A DNA stretch of 64,000 nt from Candidatus Thalassarchaeaceae archaeon (lineage in GTDB: Archaea > Thermoplasmatota > Poseidoniia > Poseidoniales > Thalassarchaeaceae): positions 122 to 64,121 of the forward strand of contig JASMFB010000001.1 in assembly GCA_030751995.1 (NCBI GenBank). Reading direction: 5' to 3'. Position 1 is the first letter of the stretch. Every line of letters starts with the position of its first letter. The translations under genes and the position numbers were made by a program. Shown in pieces: positions 8,412 to 15,800 of this stretch. Below the pieces are notes generated by a model. That model saw only the letters and a program-made list of their open reading frames with translations. It did not search any database and was not told the origin of the DNA.

Positions 8412-10711
8412 TAGGAACCCCCTAGGCTGGTTTGACTGGTTAGGCTGGCCACTTGAAGATTGAACAGAACCGATTCTCCCCCGGCATGATAGACGACCTC
8501 AGGCATTGTCGGTGATGTTTGCACCCACCCGACGTAATCGGCCAACATATCCAACTGCCCTGGGAATGCCAACCAATCAGACGAGTATTCAACCTCGGCT
8601 GCACTTGCCGCTGCGATTGCAACCGCATATGGCCCATCCCATCCACGGCGTACCTGATGCGCATTCATTGAAACAACCTGTTCACGAACATCTAGTGTTA
8701 GTGTGAGATCTAATTCAGTCGAACCTCCAACAGAATCCATGGTTGGCATGGCCACAGGAACGGTCGCAGCTAGTCGTGGCCCAGGACCCTCTCGGGAAGG
8801 AGGGGGAATCAGAACATCGGCTTTGTATTCTGGGTGATTTGTGCCAACAAAACCCCCTCTGGTGAGGATTTGGAGGTCGGAAACACTGGAATCGAAGGTA
8901 TATGTGAGGCGTGGCAGATGAAGGGCCCATGCCGAACCTAGTGTGACATGGGTCTCATCACCAACAGCACCGCGAATGGAGAGTTGTAAGCCAAAGAAAT
9001 GGGTCCCGTCTTGCCAAGCGTTACGAACGTCACTGGTCTTCCAATGGCCCACTGATGTCCAAGGAAGTTCAATCTGGATCCAACCCGATGCCCGAATTCC
9101 AACGGTTACACAACGTTCCGCACCATCTTCCAGAATCTCCGTTGAACCATTGTCTCCCGTGGATGTATATGTTCGGAGAATGCCAACGCTTGTCTCCAGT
9201 GAAATCGTGCCGATATGTGTACTCTCCAATGTCATCACTGTAGCCGGCTGGCTGTGATTGGTTTGACCATTGGAATTGCTGGTTGTCCACGAAACCGTGG
9301 GCGCTGCTGATTGCATAATAAGTTCGGTCGAACCCAGTGCGGGTGCCTCGGCATCTCCTCCACTGGTTGGGGCTTCAAACTTCCAATTCGAACCAGATAG
9401 TCTACCTGTATCCGTGGCCGGTGTCAACGACAAACTTCCCGGTCGCCAACCCGCCGCATGTGTGGCAGTGTTGCCAACAGTTTGTGTGTCCAATACCCAT
9501 TCTACGTGGATTGGATCTCCTCCTTCTATCCATGATAGTTGGCTTGCATCCCATGGAATTCGAATGTTGGAATAACCACTTATTGCGTAGTACAAACTGT
9601 CAATCTTGGCTGTCGTTGGCATGCTGTTTGGGTTGTGAATCAGTAAGGATCCATCCATTGCAGGTGGCCGGAAATGTAACCCTGTCCAAGAACCAGTGCG
9701 GTCGGGCCACGCAATAGCCCCTGGTCCATTCCCATCGAGTTCCACAGCATCCCCCCAATGGAGAACTAAGCGTGCGTTGCTGGATGTTCGAACGACCAAT
9801 TGCTCTGCCTGTGAAACCGTAATTTCTCCTTGCCATGTATGGATGGTGTCGCTTTCATCTGAAGGAGATTGTGTGACGGACACCGACGAAGATGCCCCCG
9901 TTCCTTCGATTTCCCCTACTTCCCATTCAAGTGTAAATGGGGAATTAGATTCAACGTGAATAGAATGGGTGTTTGCAATTAGGGGAATGGTCCAACTCCT
10001 TCCTTCATTTGAACTCGGTGTTGGTTGATCGGGTGTGGCGAGGAAAGCGCCACCCGTTCCTCTCCACATTACAACTCGTAGCGGCATTTCACTGTGAATC
10101 CACCCCTCTCCATCAGTGGCACTGAGGCCGGATCGTGTCCACACCTCATCCGTGGTAATGATTTGTTGAATGTTGTCTCCGTCATGTTCAAAACTCAGTT
10201 CGTTCGCACCGAGCAAGGTGGTCAACCCATTTAGTGGCGTGGCTGAAATGGTCCCATCAAGGATGGGGACCCGGTAATGATTCAACGATTCTGCTGAAGC
10301 ATGTAGATTTGTGGCACATACACTTTCGATGCGATGTTCTGCGTGCCTTATTCTCATCGAATCGTCGAGGTCGAGCACACCCTCCAGCCGCAATGTACTG
10401 TCGGGTTGATGTGTGGCACTGTACCAAGTTCCACCTTCCAATAGTTGCCACCCCAATGTACCAGTATGGGGCCTAATGGCCATCCTAGCTGCATCCCCAG
10501 AGGTGCCCGATTCACTCAACCGTTCGGTCTCAGATGCTAGATCTTCCATCTGACCCACCATATTTTCCCGCTCTACAGCACCGTGCAATTCGTCGATAAC
10601 GGGCATCACAGTCACCATCATGCCAGAGATGATTGAAATCACTCCAGCGAAGAGCAACACGGTCGCAATCGCTGCAGAAACCGCCTCCTCATCACGTTCG
10701 CGTCGCATCAT
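8411..10711 (-). CDS. Large (766 aa) archaeal type IV pilin N-terminal domain protein (Pilin_N / class III signal peptide)
   Basis: The N-terminus RERDEEAVSAAIATVLLFAGVISIISG matches the archaeal pilin N-domain pattern (+, A, V-S, hydrophobic run). The rest is a beta-rich extracellular region. The gene overlaps its neighbours by 4 nt and 1 nt. Confidence 0.7.
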   Translation of the reverse strand: MMRRERDEEAVSAAIATVLLFAGVISIISGMMVTVMPVIDELHGAVERENMVGQMEDLASETERLSESGTSGDAARMAIRPHTGTLGWQLLEGGTWYSATHQPDSTLRLEGVLDLDDSMRIRHAEHRIESVCATNLHASAESLNHYRVPILDGTISATPLNGLTTLLGANELSFEHDGDNIQQIITTDEVWTRSGLSATDGEGWIHSEMPLRVVMWRGTGGAFLATPDQPTPSSNEGRSWTIPLIANTHSIHVESNSPFTLEWEVGEIEGTGASSSVSVTQSPSDESDTIHTWQGEITVSQAEQLVVRTSSNARLVLHWGDAVELDGNGPGAIAWPDRTGSWTGLHFRPPAMDGSLLIHNPNSMPTTAKIDSLYYAISGYSNIRIPWDASQLSWIEGGDPIHVEWVLDTQTVGNTATHAAGWRPGSLSLTPATDTGRLSGSNWKFEAPTSGGDAEAPALGSTELIMQSAAPTVSWTTSNSNGQTNHSQPATVMTLESTHIGTISLETSVGILRTYTSTGDNGSTEILEDGAERCVTVGIRASGWIQIELPWTSVGHWKTSDVRNAWQDGTHFFGLQLSIRGAVGDETHVTLGSAWALHLPRLTYTFDSSVSDLQILTRGGFVGTNHPEYKADVLIPPPSREGPGPRLAATVPVAMPTMDSVGGSTELDLTLTLDVREQVVSMNAHQVRRGWDGPYAVAIAAASAAEVEYSSDWLAFPGQLDMLADYVGWVQTSPTMPEVVYHAGGESVLFNLQVASLTSQTSLGGS

Positions 10712-11742
10712 TGTACCACAACCTGTTGAAGCACAACGTCCAGATGGAAATCACTAGTTGTTGGATGGAGAGTCAATCCATCAACCCCTGAGAGCCTACC
10801 ATCGGGTCCAAAGCCGACATATTCACTGGAATCTCCTGTTGCACGATGGAGGTCGTAAGAATCTGTCCACTCACGCAGGTATCTCGACTCTGGATTGTCT
10901 AATCCAGTAAACTCAGGTAATAGTTTCAGATTCCGGGCCTGATCATTGAAGAAGGCAATAACGCCCCGACTTTCCAAATCCAACGCCACATCGGCATTGC
11001 GCTCCATTCCCTCTATGTCGACATCAATTAGCACGAGGCTGACCCGAAGGCCTCCATCCAATGTTTGATCATGATGAAGTCGAGGATAACTGCGAACATC
11101 GATTGGTTGATTCGGAAGTTGCTCAATCCGTGCCCCGTTAATCAGATTGATTGCAAAAGTACCTTCTGTGAGAGGGGTGCGAATCTGGACACCATCCAAC
11201 GGAGTTTGAATCCAACGATGGATGGTTTGATTCATGTCATTCAGAACATCAACTATAATCCACTCTTGCATACTCAAATTCGTCGTGAGTTCCCCTTGTC
11301 CCTCACTCAGGCTCCATTGTTCTGAGCCGCCACTGGTCTGGATGACCACCGATGAAGCCGTATCATTCAATGAAGTCACATGTATGATACCATTGATGAG
11401 GGAAACCGAAACTCGATCATGACCGACAAGATCGGCACTGATTTGCCAAATCTCTGCATTTCGAAGCGGCTCTATTGTTTCAGAGATGTGTTGACTATTC
11501 ACTACAATACCCGTCCCTGCCGGTGATTCTGCGACCACCAACAGACGATCATTGAATTGCGTTGCAGCAACACTTCCCGCTGCCCAATCTCGATTGTCCG
11601 TCAAATCTTCCATAAAGGGTTGCATGACGACAATTACTCCTGCCATTGTCGAGATGACCATGGCCAACAACATCGTCACCCCCATGATTTCGGAAACCGC
11701 CCGCTCATCCGCTGATTGCCAGGTGGCGGCGGGGGGGCGCAT
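10708..11742 (-). CDS. Archaeal type IV pilin N-terminal domain protein (344 aa)
   Basis: The N-terminus ADERAVSEIMGVTMLLAMVISTMAGVIVV is a near-consensus archaeal Pilin_N (ERAVSEVIGVIL...) class III signal peptide. It is the first gene of three with overlapping boundaries. Confidence 0.75.
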   Translation of the reverse strand: MRPPAATWQSADERAVSEIMGVTMLLAMVISTMAGVIVVMQPFMEDLTDNRDWAAGSVAATQFNDRLLVVAESPAGTGIVVNSQHISETIEPLRNAEIWQISADLVGHDRVSVSLINGIIHVTSLNDTASSVVIQTSGGSEQWSLSEGQGELTTNLSMQEWIIVDVLNDMNQTIHRWIQTPLDGVQIRTPLTEGTFAINLINGARIEQLPNQPIDVRSYPRLHHDQTLDGGLRVSLVLIDVDIEGMERNADVALDLESRGVIAFFNDQARNLKLLPEFTGLDNPESRYLREWTDSYDLHRATGDSSEYVGFGPDGRLSGVDGLTLHPTTSDFHLDVVLQQVVVQ

Positions 11743-11783
11743 GGGCTGAGATACCGCCGTATGTTCTTAGCCATTCTCATTTC

Positions 11784-11800
11784 ACCTCATACTGAGGTGA
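11784..11800 (-). terminator. Perfect 7-bp stem / 3-nt loop hairpin (cacctca-tac-tgaggtg) between the MBL gene stop and the pilin-like genes
   Basis: The inverted repeat was read directly and lies 6 nt after the MBL stop. No oligo-T tract follows it, so its role (terminator, RNA processing or stabiliser) is uncertain. Confidence 0.25.
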
Positions 11801-11805
11801 AGATT

Positions 11806-12606
11806 TCAAGGCGATAGAATCTCTGCTTCTGCCTGTCCGAGCCAGTGGCTAAATTCTGGACCATTTTGTGTTGAGATTCGCAAATCTCCTGACCAATTTT
11901 CATTCTGAAACAACACCTCGCTTTCGGCGAGATGGGGGGCATTATTTTTCTCAGATAGATGACACAGAACAACACTCTTTGTTCTCGAGCCCAATATTTC
12001 TGCCAACATGTCTGCAGTCTGTCTATTAGAAAGGTGCCCACCCCGTCCCGATATTCGTGCTTTGAGTTGTGCTGGATACGGGCCTAGGGCCAACCGTTTT
12101 GCGTCATAATTTGCCTCAATTGAGATGTGTGTGCAACCCTTGAGATGTTGAATCAACTCATCTGTTGGTTCACCTAAATCCGTCACTACAGCCGCTCGAC
12201 CGTTTGAGGCTGAATTGATTATGAATCCGACGTTGTCTGCACTATCGTGTGGAATTGGCACTGGCAGCACCGACAAATCTGCCCCTACCTGCACACGTTC
12301 AAGAGCCTCAAAGATGCGACATTGATTGATTGGATCCAATCCAAGTTTCGCACAAGTCGTGAAGTTGGCGAACAATTGTGCACCATGTCGTTTTTGGAAA
12401 ATTCGAGCCCCTTGTACATGGTCCGAGTGGTGGTGACTGAGAAGGATAGCATCAACCGACTTTGGATCCACCCCAATTAGTGCCAAACGACGCTCCATCT
12501 GGCGCCCGCTAAACCCGCAATCGATGAGTACTTTCGACTCCTCTGTTTGCAACAGCGTCGCGTTCCCGCGGCTGCCCGAACCAAGGTGTGTAATCTCTAG
12601 TGCCAT
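11806..12606 (-). CDS. MBL-fold metallo-hydrolase (PhnP/YycJ-like)
   Basis: GSGSRGNATLL...LIDCGFS is followed by the metallo-beta-lactamase HxHxDH motif (SHHHSDHVQG). The protein is 266 aa. Confidence 0.8.
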   Translation of the reverse strand: MALEITHLGSGSRGNATLLQTEESKVLIDCGFSGRQMERRLALIGVDPKSVDAILLSHHHSDHVQGARIFQKRHGAQLFANFTTCAKLGLDPINQCRIFEALERVQVGADLSVLPVPIPHDSADNVGFIINSASNGRAAVVTDLGEPTDELIQHLKGCTHISIEANYDAKRLALGPYPAQLKARISGRGGHLSNRQTADMLAEILGSRTKSVVLCHLSEKNNAPHLAESEVLFQNENWSGDLRISTQNGPEFSHWLGQAEAEILSP

Positions 12607-12699
12607 CCCAACCCTAGAGACGGCCGGCCGTACACCCCTTGAATGAAGCGCTTCACGAATGAATCAGAAGACCATTTTAGAACCCGTTGAAAAATGCCG

Positions 12700-12780
12700 A
12701 AGGGTAATTTTTTTCATTCAGATATTATCTATTTCATTGACAAATATCCAATGTTTTCGACAGAAATCTATGACATTTCG
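12700..12780. promoter_or_regulatory. AT-rich divergent promoter region between the MBL gene (-) and the TSP3-repeat giant gene (+)
   Basis: The stretch gggtaatttttttcattcagatattatctatttcattgacaaatatcc is the only AT-rich segment in the 249-bp intergenic region. Confidence 0.3.
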
Positions 12781-12827
12781 TCCGAACGACGCTCCATCAG
12801 CATCATAAGCGTGAGAGCGGGGATGCG

Positions 12828-12846
12828 TCTGTGGGTGTAACCCACA
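12828..12846 (+). promoter_or_regulatory. Perfect palindrome ctgtggg-tgtaa-cccacag ending 10 nt before the start codon of the 1901-aa gene
   Basis: It has 7-bp inverted arms with a 5-nt spacer. It is a candidate operator or 5'-leader hairpin. Confidence 0.3.
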
Positions 12847-12855
12847 GGTGAGTCC

Positions 12856-15800
12856 ATGCGTCGAAAGCAAACCGCGCTCTTGATTACGCTCCTTATTCTT
12901 GGTTCGATGATTTTCGTCAGCCAAATTCGCCCCAGTAGCCCGGTTCAATCGGTTCATCCAGGGGACACTACAGGCGAAGGTCCCCCAATTACAGACCGAG
13001 ATAAGGATGGAATGCCGGATCTCCACGAGGAAGCTTTCAGCGAATCCGTGTTTCTGGATTTAGGTGACCGTTCTCGAACGATTCCCGGTTTAGATCCAGA
13101 TAACGGAACGGACAATCAGAGCGACCACGATTATGACGGCCTGACCGCGTTGATGGAATATTGTTGGCCTTACAGTTTGGATTCCTGCTTCACTAACAAT
13201 CGAACCGGTCTTCCTGGAAAGCCCGCTGAAATTTCTGAGACCGGTTTGCGCTGGTATCTGGACCCGCGATCTGGTGATACCGATGGAGATGGTTTGCCCG
13301 ATGGATTTGAAGTGGCAATGTGTATGACAAAAACCGGATATGAGAACGCTTCACATGTCTGGAATTGCATGGCTTTCGACCCCCTGAACAGTAGTGATGG
13401 TCTGATTGACAGTGACAGATGCCGTGATCTAACATTTGGCTGTGGCGATGGCTTCGATGTGGACCGAGATGGCACGATTGAACCACACGAGTACTATACG
13501 AATGCAGAGGAATATATGTACGGTGCACCTGAAAATTGGGTCACTGAATTCGACGGTCTTCGGTGTTCGGGCGGCCCAGATGACATGCCACCCCTAGTCG
13601 ACCCCTGCCGAACAGAAGAGACACGCCCAACAGGAGAATCCGGTTGGCTTGGCACAGATCCTCTTGACAATGATACCGACTACTATCGTTGGGTCGGCAA
13701 TCCGGGCCAAGCACTGGGCCAGACGCAGAAAGGCGATGGCATAGTTGATGGGTGGGAGATCTATTTCCAACTAGACCCTCTCAACAGCAGTGACGCACTG
13801 ATTGACAGTGATTCAGATGGTTGGGACTTCAATCGAGATGGCGCTATCTCCCCTGACACTTCAAGTTCGACGCTGGATCTTGGCGAGGTATTCAGTAATC
13901 TGGAGGAGTACACCGTCTACCGTGATGATGGCAATTGGGTCACGGCAGGCGTCAAACAAACCTCTCTCGGCATTGCCGATCAAACAGTGACCACATTTGA
14001 CCAAGGCACAACACCGAGATTATTGCATCACAATGCACATTCCATTTTCTCCGATGATGTCCACGGACTAATCTATGTTGGAACCATGCGCGGCATCACT
14101 GTCATGGACCCTTCAATGAACTCTTCCAATCACTTTGAATTGCCTTCAGGGACCAATCTCCTCGACCTGTATATGTGGCCTGAAGGCGGAGATGATGGCG
14201 TTCTTCTTCTGTCTACGACTTCAGGTCTCATGACTCTCGTCCTCGACACCGACGGCCAAATCTCATCCGTGGTAGATGATATTGATACTGAAGCCATGAA
14301 TCTGATGGTCCCCATTCAGACTGGTAGCGGTGGTCAAGCCCTCATCCTCGGCTTTGGTGCAGACCAGGACGTCTGGCGTTTCAGCCTCGATTCACAAGGT
14401 CTAATCGGTTCACCTACTGCAGTCAACCAACTCACTGCCGCCCTTCAACAACAAGAGAATACAACTGTAGAGGCTGCAGTTCATGTTGTTCTTCCTAGCG
14501 AGGGACCCCGTCTCTTCGTGGGTACTGATCACGGCTTGCTAATGGCCAACAGTTCTGATTTCGCTGGCGGCTTCGAGTCGACTTGGATATTTGATATCAG
14601 CAATGCCGAGGATTTCGTGATTCCAGCAGACGCTATCGATTCAGCCTTGGCAGCCCGCGTACAGGCTCTATTTGTCGATGGTCCTCGTGATGCCAACGGA
14701 GATATCACCAGTCCACAGACACTCTGGGTTGGGACCCGGGGTGGCGTTCATCAATTCGATTTGATTGTTGGTCCAACCACTCCCCTCGGTGCATTTTCAT
14801 ATGATCGTATGATTAACGATGAAGAATTCACGGCCAATGACATCCATTCTATATTGCCATTAGGTGACGAGGTTATTATCGGGTCCCAGTGGGGCTCTTG
14901 GGCCCTTGATGCAGACCACACTCGTTCTTCTGGAGTGGAGCCAGACCACACTCGAATTCCCGGGCGCATTGTCGATATGACAGTGTTGGATATCGATGGC
15001 CAACCCTTCTTGTTCGCAGCGTTAGATCCAGGCGCCTACGCCAACATGGTACTCATCGATCCATTGTCGAATGATTCCGATGCGGATGGGATGCCAGATG
15101 GATGGGAATTCATCCATGGATTGGACCCCACAAATCCCTTTGATCGCGACGATGATTCTGATGCTGATGGCGTCAATTTCAATCCGGACGAAGATGAATA
15201 TTTTGACCGAAGTTGGTCTAATCTCGACGAGTTCCGCTATGTTGCGACTTCTGAGCAGGGATGGAACAGCACCAACCCCCAATTGTCTGACACGGATGGA
15301 GACGGCTTGTTCGATGGAGAGGAATATTGGGGCTTCTTCCTTGAAAGGACAAATTTCACCTGCCATTACCTCAATGGTGACTATCTGTGCGACGAATCAA
15401 CAGGCCAAGCAGCCCGTACAACCTATGTCACCGGTTGGTCTGACTCTGGCGCTGGTGGAGGTACAGACCGCAGCATCGATCCAACAAATATCGATACAGA
15501 CCAAGATGGAATGCCAGATGGATGGGAAATTCAGTATCGCCGTTGGATTGGACAAACCTTCCATGGTGGAAACGATTGGTCTCTAGATCCCAATGACCCC
15601 ACGGATGCGTTTGATGATGCAGATGGTGATGGCCTGACGAACATTTGCGAATATCAATGGCAACAAATTCGTCTATTCGTCCTCGAACAAGGCCTGAACA
15701 CACACAATGAAACTGCAGAAGGGGCTGCTAGCTGGGTTGACACAGACCCCAACCTTGCAGATTCTGATGGCGATGGACTCCCGGATGGCTGGGAAGCCCG

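Noticed and set aside
11806-12606. MBL-fold hydrolase as a ComEC-like DNA-uptake nuclease linked to the pilin genes
   Set aside because: The protein is small, soluble and lacks the ComEC membrane channel and competence domains. The idea is left as speculation inside the pilin-cluster finding.
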